Origin: Eledone cirrhosa
Taxonomy: Eukaryota
Assembly (NCBI GenBank): GCA_964016885.1
Contig: CAXHJY010001593.1
Location: forward strand, 1-58,567
Direction: 5' to 3'
DNA length: 58,567 bases
A program made the translations under genes and the position numbers. The notes beneath the pieces are model-generated. The model was not told the origin of the DNA. It worked only from the letters and a program-made list of their open reading frames with translations, and did no database searches. Of this stretch, positions 25,901 to 38,844 are shown piece after piece; position 1 is the first letter of the stretch; each line of letters begins with the position of its first letter.

Positions 25901-26109
25901 TTCGTTTATGTGTGTGTGACACTTATAAAAATGATGAGGTAAACACTTGTTGACGTAGTGTTCACGGGTTCAAGTCTAGCAATTAGTAGTAACCTCGTAT
26001 TTTTAATTTGATTAATCTCTTTAATTTACAAACTGGTGTTGAAATACTTTCTATGAACTTAACCGACTAACACTTCAGATAGTACATCATTTTACCAGCC
26101 GTACCTACA

Positions 26110-26353
26110 CACACATACACACACACACACACACATACATAAGGAGACAGACAAATACACACACACACAAATACAGAATAATATACACATACATACACAC
26201 ACACATACATACATACGGAGACAGACAAATACACACACACACAAATACAGAATAATATACACGTGCAAGTACATACATACATACATACATAAGGAGACAG
26301 ACAAATACACACACACACAAATACAGAATAATATACACGTGCAAGTACACACG

Positions 26354-26385
<32 letters not shown>

Positions 26386-26470
26386 TAAGGAGACAGACAA
26401 ATACACACACACACACAAATACAGAATAATATACACGTGCAAGTACACACGTACATACATACATACATAC
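26110..26470. repeat. Compound minisatellite, ~75-90 bp unit, 4 copies
   Basis: ggagacagacaaat(ac)naaatacagaataatatacac recurs four times. Confidence 0.85.
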
Positions 26471-26574
26471 ATACATACATACATACAAACAAACACAACG
26501 TTATATATACATAGACACATACACACATGCACTCTTTCACACAGATATATGTTTATACAATACACACATGTATG

Positions 26575-26607
<33 letters not shown>

Positions 26608-26739
26608 GTGTGTGTGCGTGTGCGTGTTTATACACACATATCTATGTATGTGTATATATATATATATACATGTATGTATTTATATATATATATGTATATA
26701 TATATGTGTGTGTGTGTGCGTGTTTATACACATATGTAT

Positions 26740-26815
<76 letters not shown>

Positions 26816-27432
26816 TATATATACATATATATATATATACACACACATATGTTTATACACACATATGTGCGTGCGTGCGTGCGTGCGTGACTGGTTGCAT
26901 TTGTGTGAAAAAAAAGAGAAACTGACATTTACGTGTGTATGCGTGTATGTATATATGTATGCATGCATGCATGTATGTATATTTGTACGTTTGCAAGCAA
27001 CTATGACATACGAGTGAGCATGCGTGTATGTTTCTAATTGTGTGTGTGTGTGTGTGTGAAAGTGTGTGAATGTGTGAATGTGTGAATGTGTGAGTGTGTG
27101 AATGTGTCAGTGTGTGAGAGTGTGTGAATGTGTGAGAGTGTGTGAATGTGTGAAAGTGAATGAGTGTGTGAGAGAAGGAGGGAGTGGGAGGGGGTGAAAA
27201 TTAACAGATCGTCTGTGTTACAGAAAGATGGCGGAGATTGTCTTATTTCACAGCTTCCTCTAGGTCGAACCAAGATGGCGTAATTGTTATAAGAAGATTT
27301 AGTGAAAATGGCGTAGAGGAAAGAAAGGAGAGAGAGAGTTAAGTAAGGAACGGGGCATTTAAAGAGATAGATGGTGGGGAAGATTTTGTGGGAGGAAGGG
27401 CGGTAGGCGAAGAAGTGGAAGAGCTATTAGAG

Positions 27433-27602
27433 CGGGCATGGGTAACCTTTTTTTTCTTTTAGCAGTGGGCCGCATAGCATGTGGCTCATCATAAGGTGAG
27501 TCGCAGTACTAAAACATTCAAAGCAATTTTGAAATTAGGCGTGCCATTCAGATATTCAAGCGGGCCACATGCGGCACGCGGGCCGCAATTTGCCCATGAC
27601 TG
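27433..27602. mobile_element. hAT-like MITE
   Basis: TIRs cgggcatgggtaa / ttgcccatgactg with subterminal gggccgca and gcgggcc repeats; the 8-bp TSD is not clean. Confidence 0.7.
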
Positions 27603-27667
27603 ATCCGAGAGATCGGCTACGTATATTGTTTATAGGATAATATATTTTGGCGTATATGGTAGATTGT

Positions 27668-28040
27668 GAAGGCGAGTACCATAGTGGTTAGATTGTTCGT
27701 CGCACAATTGCAGGGCTGTGAGTTCGATTACCGGTAGAGGGTTGTGCTCTTCAGCAAGATACTCTATTTCACGTTGATCCAGTCCACACAAGTGGCAAAA
27801 AACAAAAAAGTTATACCTGTAATTCAAATGACTAACCTTGTCACCCACACTGTGTCTCCCATGCGGCTCGCGTGCCGTAGTTGGCCCATTGTTGCTTTTG
27901 AGCGTCGGAAAGAATGTTTTGAGCTATGTATTCCGGCACTCTCTACCCACTGAGTTCAAATCCCGGCATTGAGGTTAACTTTAACCTTTCGTCTTTTCGA
28001 GGTCTTTAAAACGAAAGTACCAGTCCAATACTGGGGTCAG
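27668..28040 (+). mobile_element. SINE family 2 5' part (27668-27860) followed by a degenerate family 1 copy (~27880-28040)
   Basis: B boxes gagttcgatt and gagttcaaatccc; tatttcacgttgatccagtccac core. Confidence 0.75.
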
Positions 28041-28298
28041 TTCTTCCTCTATATCTCTTTCTCATTTCCTCTCTGGAAGAAATCGGCTGTGTTCAGACCT
28101 AGAGAGAAGATGGGTGGTCTTAGCCATATCTAAAATACCCATGACATGCTGTATCTCACAAGTACGCCCCCCCCCCCCCCCCGGCTCCATAAAAAAAAAA
28201 AGGAAATAAAAAAATACGAACCCTTTTTGTCAACTTTGTAAACAGCTTAAAAATGACAGCAATGTAAAATTATGTTTTAGATGAAGTTGTTCTTTTAA

Positions 28299-28519
28299 CC
28301 CTTTAGCATTGACATTACTCTATATTTACTATTATATGTTCACGATAAAGGCTTTACCTCACACAATTATCTTACATAATATGGAATCTATGAGATTTTG
28401 ATATTATTTATTTTAAGAACAATACCTTAACATCAGTATGAGTGGCCGGTTGCAGTCATTTCGAACAGAGAGAGGTGAGAGAATTCTGTCAGGATACAGC
28501 CGGTTTAAATGTTAAAGGG
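28299..28519. mobile_element. piggyBac-like MITE, second copy
   Basis: ttaa-ccctttagcatt ... aatgttaaaggg-taaa; internal sequence matches the reverse complement of 10122-10338. Confidence 0.85.
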
Positions 28520-28574
28520 TAAAGCAACTTTTGATTATGTCTCTGAGTGTGTACATTTATTTCTGTTTGTCACT

Positions 28575-28882
28575 GTGGAGGCGCGTGGCTTTGAGGTTAG
28601 GGTATTCAACTCACAATCGTAAGGTCGTGAGTTCGATTCCCAGTGGCGCATTGTGTCCTTGAACAAGACACTTTATTTCACGTTGCTCCAGTCCACTCAG
28701 CTGGCAAAAATGAGTTGTAGCTGTACTTCGAAGGACCAGCCTTGTCACATACTGGGTCACACTGAATCTCCCTGAGAACTACGTAAAGGGATCGCGTGTC
28801 TATGGAATGCTCAGTCACTTGCACGTAATTTCACAAGCAGGCTGCTTCGTTGATCGGATCAACTGGAACACTCGTCGTCACT
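28575..28882 (+). mobile_element. Full-length tRNA-headed SINE (family 2)
   Basis: gtggaggcgcgtggct..gttagg (A box), gagttcgattccc (B box), gtgtccttgaacaagacactttatttcacgttgctccagtccactcagctg core, 3' ...gttgatcggatcaactggaacactcgtcgtc. Confidence 0.9.
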
Positions 28883-29657
28883 CGGAAAGTGTTGATATAA
28901 TTTCTTTCAGGGAATTTTTTGTCATGGATGAAATATGGCCTCTCAATTCTGCGCCCAAAGCGGCTGCCCAGTTGGTCTTAACAGTAGCACCGCTCCTGCA
29001 TCTAATTGCATCATTATGTTTCTTTAATTAACATTACTGACAATTTAACATGAAATGAAATGAAACTAAGTTGAAGGTCAGTAGTACTGTAGATATAAAT
29101 AGTCACCAGCTTGCTAAATATACACAGGGGGCCCCATACAATGGATGACACAGACATGTGACCCACATTTACAATGGACCTCATATCATGTGACCCACAT
29201 GACATGTGACCCACATTTACAATGAATGTTATATCACATGACCCATATTTCCTTTCCTTTGTTGCGTAAACAGATGATAAATTCAGTCGGTTGAGTGTGT
29301 ATGTGGGAAGGGGGGGGGGGTGGATGTGTAAGTGAAATTGTTATATATATATATGTGTGTGTGTGTGTACACGATCATATAATCTTGATAATATAATCCT
29401 AACTTTAATTTTATACCTAATTGTGTATGGTTGACGGTATACTTAATCAATTTCCACGTGCTGTTGAAATGTTGGGTAACATTCTATGGCGGTTGGCCGC
29501 GAAGAGATTGCTGTCGTTTATTTATCTACTATTTCTTCATAGGTGCCTTTTAATCTTATAGCCTGGTCTAATTGATTTTTTGTGTGGTTAATTATGCTAA
29601 TTGGGAGAGGAAATGGTGTATATATATTATCAAATGATTCTATGGACATACTTTGTA

Positions 29658-29702
<45 letters not shown>

Positions 29703-29853
29703 AACATATATATATATATAAAAATACAAATATATATATATATACATACACAAATATATATATATATACATACACAAATATATATATATAAAAATACAAA
29801 TATAAAAATATATATATATACATACACACAAATATACAAATATATATATACAC

Positions 29854-29898
<45 letters not shown>

Positions 29899-29977
29899 AA
29901 TATACAAATATATATATATGTATATATATATAAATAAATATATACAAATATATATATGTATATACCTATATATTTAA

Positions 29978-30103
29978 GTTATCCTGGGTTCAATCGGGGG
30001 TAACCACAGTAAGTAATGGACTCAATACAGTGCAGAGTATAAATGTTTAATATAGAAAAGCTTCTACAGGACTAGAACTGTTTCATTCGTGAGAAATCAT
30101 CAG
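29978..30103 (-). mobile_element. PLE remnant family B with hammerhead core lacking the 5' strand of stem I
   Basis: Minus strand: CTGATGA-tttctcacgaat-GAAA-cagttctag-TC-ctgtag plus the tail shared with 17122-17250. Confidence 0.75.
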
Positions 30104-30144
30104 GAATCTGTGTATGTATGTATGTATATATATATATACACACA

Positions 30145-30350
30145 CGAGGAGGTGCTAAAAAGTTGCTAGTTTGATTGCTGCTACAGAGACCAAACCATCC
30201 GAGTACTTTTTACAGGGCTTAGAAAAACTGAAGGACCACTGCAATAAGTGTGAGAATCTGAGAGGGGAATGTGTTGAATAAAATCATAATTAACTCTGAT
30301 CCTCCTGTGTTTTCTTTTACCCAAAGCCAGGAACTTATCAGTCCCCACCC
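30145..30350 (+). mobile_element. Internally deleted mariner element
   Basis: TIR-like ends cgaggaggtgctaaaaagttgctag / ccaggaacttatcagtcccc; internal YFLQGLEKLKDHCNKCENLRGECVE* resembles a mariner transposase C-terminus. Confidence 0.8.
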
Positions 30351-30363
30351 CTTCTATGCATGA

Positions 30364-30402
<39 letters not shown>

Positions 30403-30403
<1 letters not shown>

Positions 30404-30529
30404 GTTATTCCGGGTTGAATCGGAGGTAACCACAGTAAGTAAGTTACTCAATACATAGCAGAGTATAAAAGTTTTAATATAGATGAGATTCTACAGGACT
30501 AGAACTGTTTCATTCGTTAGAAATCATCA
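30403..30529 (-). mobile_element. PLE remnant family B truncated within the CTGATGA core
   Basis: Near-identical to 17122-17248. Confidence 0.78.
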
Positions 30530-30536
30530 TATATAT

Positions 30537-30744
30537 AGTTAGAGAAGCAAAAAATTGCTTATTGTGATCCAGTTTTTGGTTAAGAAAGCCAGTTTCATGG
30601 ATGGTTTCAACGTACGGTTAGGGGTAACTCCACAAGTTTGTAAGAATTCCGTTCAATCTTGGAGTGTAAAGTATAAAAGAGAAAACACAGGTAAGCATTA
30701 AGAGAAGGATTTAAATCCTTCTCTTAATGCTTACCTGTGTTTTC

Positions 30745-30753
<9 letters not shown>
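30537..30753 (-). mobile_element. TA-embedded insert ending in a perfect 82-bp palindrome (30672-30753); probable PLE tail
   Basis: 41-bp arms with no loop, centre ggattt|aaatcc; carries the actcca...tggagt hairpin. Confidence 0.6.
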
Positions 30754-30797
<44 letters not shown>

Positions 30798-30965
30798 AAG
30801 TTATATTTAAAATTGTTGGGTTACAACTAGTAAATATTTATAACTGATATAAAAGCACTCGACAAATACTTGGAGTATATTTACTGCTAGAGTGAACCTC
30901 TTCAAATGAAGTTGATGTTTATTACGGTATGTCGAATATATTTATCTATAAAACTGTTTATATTG

Positions 30966-31031
30966 TATTTTGTCTGATGAAGGCATAGCATATTGTTAAT
31001 ATGATATCCCCGAAATATATATAATGAAATA
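30966..31031 (+). ncRNA. Minimal type-I hammerhead ribozyme in PLE remnant ~30795-31075
   Basis: Stem I tattttgt/atgaaata (2 GU pairs) plus distal tataaaac/gttttata; CTGATGA 30974-80; stem II with catatt/aatatg; GAAA 31012-15; tatata; UA. An inverted 3' tail lies upstream at 30797-30880, and the same tail is at 58231-58316 (+). Confidence 0.8.
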
Positions 31032-31069
31032 AATATGGTTTTATAAATATAGTTTTCCATTTATTTAAT

Positions 31070-31120
<51 letters not shown>

Positions 31121-31274
31121 ATCCATCCAGGGGGTGTAACACGAAGTTACTGTAGGTTCACCCAGGTGAGCACTCGACGTTTCGGTTCACGTCAGTATCG
31201 AGGTGTAGAGCTAGACAGAGTGTAATAATATAATACAAGGACGGGTGCTTAAGCCTTCATTACGTTTATTGGTC

Positions 31275-31348
31275 GGTGACGCGCGTTTCGCTACTGATCA
31301 GCTCAAGGTTCGATCTGTATCGATCTGGAATCAAAAGCTCGTCGGACC
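31275..31348 (-). ncRNA. Degenerate type-I hammerhead (core CCGACGA) in PLE remnant ~31128-31362
   Basis: Minus strand: ggt-CCGACGA-gct...agc-GAAA-cgcgcg-TC-acc. One substitution in the core, palindromic stem III, GUC site. Confidence 0.6.
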
Positions 31349-31359
31349 TCTGTTGTAGT

Positions 31360-31607
<248 letters not shown>

Positions 31608-31745
31608 ATACCTGTATATATTTATATATTTGTGGGGTGTATACATACATATATAGTGGCAACCTGCTCACTGAAATGTGCGCAGTGTCAGCAGTAATAA
31701 AGAAATGAAGGGACTTCAACATATTTGGTCTCCTGTCATTTTACT

Positions 31746-31790
<45 letters not shown>

Positions 31791-31957
31791 TTATTAGAAT
31801 AACAGATTCAAGTTTAAGCAAAGAATCGCTGCTTTCACCCTTAACGAGATCTTCTGAAACAAATAAATATTTGCTCTACGGTTCTTATATATTTGATATA
31901 TATTTATCCTTATCGAGCCCTCTTTAGATTTTAGTCTTCAAATTTGTTATTATTACT

Positions 31958-32000
<43 letters not shown>

Positions 32001-32037
32001 TATATAAATATATATATATATATATAAATATATATAA

Positions 32038-32084
<47 letters not shown>

Positions 32085-32096
32085 TATATATATATA

Positions 32097-32130
<34 letters not shown>

Positions 32131-32234
32131 AATATATATATAAATATATATATAAATATATATAAGTATTGAAGTTTCCGTTGAAAATTGAAAAAGTCAG
32201 GGGAATGAAGAGTGCTCTATGTAAGTTACAGAGC

Positions 32235-32297
<63 letters not shown>

Positions 32298-32788
32298 GAA
32301 AGGTGTTTCCTCAAAAACCAGTATGACTCTAAAAACCGGTTTGTCTGTGTGTTTACATACAGAATAGCTGGCCACTCACAGTAAAGTGATCAGTGAAAAA
32401 AAAAACTTGGTACATCTACATATGTATACGTGTGTGTATTCATATACATACTAGTATTTCAGTATACATATATGGATGTACATCTTTGACTTAATTGTTT
32501 GAGCGTCAGTCATACAAAAGTGAGTTACAAACGAAACGAAATTTAATTTCGTTTCGTTATTTGTTTTTATATATATATATATATATATAAAATAAAATAA
32601 AATAAATAAGTAAAATGTATAAAATTTGGCTTCGTTTATAAACGAAGCCAAATTTAAAAATTTTTAAACATTTGACTTATTTATTTTATTTTATTTTACA
32701 TTACTCCGGAGTAACCAAATCAGCCTGCGCACTTCGTCGAGTGCTCCAGACTGCATACTGAGGTGTTGGTATACAACCAGCATATTCT

Positions 32789-32876
<88 letters not shown>

Positions 32877-32921
32877 ATATATAGATAGATATTTATATAT
32901 ATATATATATATATATATAGA

Positions 32922-32983
<62 letters not shown>

Positions 32984-33024
32984 CGATATTAAATAAATGG
33001 AAACTATATTGATAAAACCATATT

Positions 33025-33089
33025 TATTTCATTATACATATTTCAGGGATACCAAATTAAAATATGGTATGCCTTCATCAGACAAAATA
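33025..33089 (-). ncRNA. Minimal type-I hammerhead ribozyme, same family as 30966-31031
   Basis: Minus strand: tattttgt-CTGATGA-aggcatacca...tggtatccct-GAAA-tatgta-TA-atgaaata; an inverted tail end (cccaacaattttaaata) is adjacent at 33100-33125. Confidence 0.85.
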
Positions 33090-33123
33090 CAATATATATC
33101 CCAACAATTTTAAATAGAACTTT

Positions 33124-33169
<46 letters not shown>

Positions 33170-33173
<4 letters not shown>

Positions 33174-33464
33174 TATCACTCGACATGGCTGAATACAATA
33201 AATGTAATCTTTATTCGGAGTTGTCCGAATATTAATAATAATATTCGATTCGTTTGTAATTATGCAAACAAGCCTCTTTTTTAAGCCATGTCAGTAGAAT
33301 GAACTCCTCATTCTTGCTCTTGTGTTGGCATGTAAACAGAACTGCAGGCACTAATGTTTCTGGGTGATTACCCTTCATCAGAGCAAGAATGAGGGGCTCA
33401 TTCTACTGACATGGCTTAAAAAGAGGCTTGTTTACATAATTACAAACGAATCGAATATTATTAT
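33170..33464 (-). mobile_element. PLE-like remnant with ~85-bp inverted arms (33235-33320 / 33380-33464) and partial hammerhead core
   Basis: Minus strand: ttcttgct-CTGATGA-agggtaatcaccca-GAAAc; no clean UH site; tail hairpin actcc...tcgagtg. Confidence 0.6.
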
Positions 33465-33921
33465 CAATTTCGCAAACAACAACTCTATATCACAAAACAC
33501 CACCACCACCACCACCATATCAGCTACTTCCAACGGCGACCACCACATCAACCACTACTACCATCGCAACTACCACTACCACATCACTACCACATCACTA
33601 CCACCACATCACTACCACCACATCACTACCACCACCATTTCAGCCATTTCCACCACTGCCATCACATTAACCACCATCACCACAGCAACCACCACCACAA
33701 CACCAGCACAGCAGCAGCAACAACAACAACAATCACATCAACCACCACCACCACCACCACATCAACCACAACACCACCACCACTACCACCACATCAACCA
33801 CAACACCACCACCACTACCACCACAACAACAACATCAGTCACCACCACAACACCACCATCACCATCACAACAGATAGAAAGAGACAGTGAAAGGAGAGAG
33901 AGAGAGGGGGGGAGAGAGTGT

Positions 33922-33961
33922 CCAATATGGTGGAGAGATCACGTGATTGGTACTAACCAAT
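33922..33961. promoter_or_regulatory. Cluster of three CCAAT boxes and a palindromic E-box
   Basis: ccaat 33922-26, atcacgtgat 33938-47, attgg 33946-50, ccaat 33957-61. Confidence 0.35.
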
Positions 33962-34173
33962 GATATTAGTTGGATATTATTGATCACTGTTGTGTCATTG
34001 TGTGAGTACGTGTGTACGTGTATTACCTGTGTGTGTGATGGTGTATATATATATATATATATATCTGTGCATATGTGTGTGTGTGTATAAGTATTTGGGT
34101 GTGTGTGTGTATAAGTATTTGGGTGTGTGTATGATCCGAATTATGTCACTGTGTCTCAGTCTATGTATGTGTG

Positions 34174-34209
<36 letters not shown>

Positions 34210-34246
34210 TATATATACACACACACATATACATATACATACACAA

Positions 34247-34280
<34 letters not shown>

Positions 34281-34476
34281 TATATATATAATATATACAT
34301 ATATATACACTATATATACACTATATACATATATATATAATATATACATATATATAATATATACATATATATACACACATATATATAATATATATTTTTA
34401 TATGGTTTATGAAGGTGCGTCTCTGCAGAGACAGTATGTGCCTGTATATGTATGAGTGTATATGTACCTGTATGTG

Positions 34477-34514
<38 letters not shown>

Positions 34515-34689
34515 GAGGGGGTAGTGGTGTCAAGCTTGTGACTGTATATACAACAATGTAGATGTATATATATATATATATCAGTGTGTATGATGCGTGT
34601 ATAGGTTAGTAGTGTAAATAGACAACAGTTTGTGATTATATTTAGACAATATATATGTATGAGTGAATGTGTATATATGTATGTATGTG

Positions 34690-34720
<31 letters not shown>

Positions 34721-35026
34721 GTGTATATGTATGTATGTATGTGTGTATATATGTGCGTATAGGTTAGTAATGTTAATAGGTATAATAAGTGTATATATAT
34801 GTATGTTTGTATATATGTATGTGTGAATATGAGCGAATGTGTGTGTGTGCGTCTATATATATATATATATGTGTGTGTGCATTGAACTGTGTGCATGTGT
34901 ATATGTAGCAATATGTATGTGTGTGTGTCAGTATGTATATGAATGTGTACGCGCGTCTATGTATGTAAGTGTATATATTTATATATATAGCGGTGTGTAT
35001 GTATATTCGTATAGTTTAGCCGCATG

Positions 35027-35070
<44 letters not shown>

Positions 35071-35207
35071 CATGCTGCTAAACTATACCAATATACATAC
35101 ACACCGGTATATATATATATACCGGTGTGTATGTATATGCGTATATGTATAGGTTAGTAGTGTCACTAGAAATAACAGTGGGTGACTAGGTGTAAACAAT
35201 AATGTGC

Positions 35208-35248
<41 letters not shown>

Positions 35249-35271
35249 TACACATATATACATATATACAC

Positions 35272-35312
<41 letters not shown>

Positions 35313-35537
35313 TATACATATATACATATATACACATATATATACATATACATATATATATACATACATACATATATACATATACATATATATATACATA
35401 CATACATATATACATATACATATATATATACATATACATATATATATACATATACATATATATATACATATACATATATATATATACATATATATATATA
35501 CATATATATACATATATACATATATACACATATATAC

Positions 35538-35571
<34 letters not shown>

Positions 35572-35663
35572 CAGGATATATAATTGTGCGTATATATGTA
35601 TACGTGTGCAAGTCCGAACATAACTATGTGTATATATGCGAATGCGCCTGCTTAATTAAATTT

Positions 35664-35759
<96 letters not shown>

Positions 35760-36574
35760 GTGCGTGTGTGTGTCTATGCGCGTATGGGTATGTGAACGCG
35801 TGTATGCATGTGTACGTAAAGGTGTATGCATGCCTGTTAAAATGTATAGTGTATGTTAACGGGTGCATATGCCACTTAAAGTGTGTGTGTATATATACTT
35901 CCACGTGAAATCTGTATATGTGTATATCTGTGATGACCACGCGCAAGCGTGTATATATATATATGCAAGCGCCTAAGAATGCGTGCGTATGCGAGTAAAT
36001 GTGTATATGTTTGTGTGCTTGCGTGCATGTATGTGTGTGTGTGTAGATATGTAAACGTGTATGTGCTAGCATGCATGTATATGTTTATGTGCTAACATGA
36101 TTGTGTGTTTATGTGCTAGCATGCGTGTATGTGAGTGTGCTTGCATGCATGTATGTGTATGTGCTAGTATGCATTATGTGTATGTGCTAACATGTATGTA
36201 TGTGTATGTGCTAACATGTATGTATGTGTATGTGCTAACATGCGTGTATGTGAATGTGCTAGTATGCATTATGTGTATGTGTATATGCTAACATGCGTGC
36301 ATGTTCATCTGTTAACATGTGTGTGTGTGTGTGTGTGTGTGTGCTTGCATGCGTGTTTGTGTATAAATATATATTTGTGTATATGCTAGCATGCGTGTGC
36401 GTGTATGTGCATGTGTACGTGTATGTGCTAGAATGCGTGTAATGTGTATTAATACGGATGTGTGTATGTGCTTGCATACGTGTATGTCTATCAGTATGTA
36501 TGTGTATGTGCTTGCATACGTGTATGTCTATAAGTACGTATATGTGCATGCTGCTAGCAAGCCTGTAAGTGTAC

Positions 36575-36629
<55 letters not shown>

Positions 36630-36878
36630 GATGTGTCTATGTGCGAACGTGCTTGCATGCGTGCATGTAAGTATGTGTGTGTGTAAATGTATAGATAGAG
36701 GTGTGTGTGTGTGTAGATAGATGTGTCTATGTGCGAAAGTGCTTGCATTAGTGCATGTAAGTATGTGTGTGTGTAAATGTATAGATAGAGGTGTGTGTGT
36801 GTATAGATAGATATGTCTATGTGCGAACGTGCTTGCATGCGTGCATGTAAGTATGTGTGTGTGTAAATGTATAGATAG

Positions 36879-36961
<83 letters not shown>

Positions 36962-37323
36962 ATAATGGTTCTAGATTCGAGTCACCTCCACTTGATACAA
37001 GGTTAGTAGGTACAGCTGTGTGTGTCTGTGTGTCAGTATGAGTGTGTCTGTATGTCTGTATGAGTGCGTGTGTCTGTGTGAGTGTGTCTGTGTGAGTGTG
37101 TCTGTGCGTGTGTGTCTGTGTGTCTGGCTGTTAATGTATGTATGTGTATGTCTTTCTCACTCTCTCAAAGAAGGTGGGGACACAAAACGGTATATTTTGT
37201 GTGTGTGTGTGTATATATATTTATATGTATATATATATATATATATATATGGAGAGAGAGAGAGGGAGAGAGAGAGAAGAAAAAAAGTTGACAAAATGAT
37301 AAATAATATAAATGTCTGTATAC

Positions 37324-37359
<36 letters not shown>

Positions 37360-37920
37360 GTATATATAGTATATATATATCTATGTGTGTATATATATAG
37401 TGTATATATGTATACATATATATACATAATTCAGTGGGGGTTGGGTGAAGTGAGTAAATAGATGGATGGATGGATGTGAGTATATATATATATATATAGA
37501 GAGAGAGAGTCAGGAGAGAGGAAGGAAGAGGTAGGTAGGAGAGAGATCGATAATCAGACATGACACAATGTGAGTATGTCTGGTTCTGGTAATAAGCTAT
37601 GATTACATTAAGTTCGATTACCACACAGGTTATTCACCGGTCGTATTCATTGGTTCTGAACTAGTTCACTCCAGTTCCTCACTTTTCCTTCTTTCTTTCC
37701 GTTTTTGTTATTGCTTCCTTTCTTCTTCATGAATCTCTCGTCATTTTTTTCTTCTTTTTCTTCTTTTTCCTCTTTCCATTATCCACCCCACCCCCCACCC
37801 CCTTTTTTACCCCTTCCTTCCTACTACCACTCCTTCATCCTCCTCCTCCTTTCACTCCCTCCCACTCTCTTTCTCTCTCTCTCTCTCTATATATATATAA
37901 GGATATCTGGATAGTTAAAG

Positions 37921-37966
<46 letters not shown>

Positions 37967-37994
37967 GTAAATAATTGGATAAATAGATAGATAT

Positions 37995-38209
37995 ATTTGT
38001 TTATTAGCCACAAGGGTGCACGCACAAGAAAAGGAGACAATACAAAGGCACATGCCGGGGATTTTACATACAGTCGATATATGGATAGATATAGCCATCA
38101 ACGTATATTAAAATGTATCTATCCATTTTTACCACACTCTATCTATATGTTCCTGTCTATCTATGTATCCAACCATCTATCTATATATCCACCTTAGTCA
38201 TACTCTCTA

Positions 38210-38251
<42 letters not shown>

Positions 38252-38468
38252 AAGAGGAAGGGAGTACTCACTCTTGGTGCTCTTGGAGATGAGGGTTGTA
38301 CATTTTTTCGGGGTGTGTACAACCCCTGTGTAACGCCTCCCCCTTATTGAGGATTTCAATTGTTATTTGTTGTTTTATTAATAGTTTTATTTTCATATAC
38401 CTGTATGTAAACTCCCCATTTGTATTTGTCCCCTTCTTTTGTGCCCTTGTGGCTAATAAAGACATTTA
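37995..38468. mobile_element. Two Tx1-type LINE 3' UTR fragments in (GATA/TATC)n: 37995-38075 (-) and 38250-38468 (+)
   Basis: Share gagggttgya ca..tttttcgggg..gtgtg, ttattgagga, gtaaactcccc, tgtccc, gccct.gtggc.aataaa with 44130-44378. Confidence 0.78.
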
Positions 38469-38844
38469 TCTATCTATCCATCTTTGTCATACTCTTTCTA
38501 TCTATCGATATTTACCTGTCTATCCATCAATCTATCTATCTATTTATCGATCTATCGATCTTTCCAACTATCTATCTATGTATCTATCCATCCACCGATC
38601 TATCTATCTATCTATCGTTCTGTCTATATACCCATCCACCCCTCCATCTATCTATCTATCTATCAATCTCTTTACCTATCTACACATCCTTATATATAAG
38701 GTGTCCCCAAAAAATGTATACACACTTCAATAGCATTCCAATCAAAGTGTGTACACATTTTTGGGGGACACCCTGTATATATCTACTTACCTAGATCTGA
38801 GTTGTGCGGTATGTATGTGTGTATAATGCACAAACATGCATGAA

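Noticed and set aside
28575-28650. tRNA gene
   Set aside because: A and B boxes run straight into a SINE body present in several copies; no clean cloverleaf.
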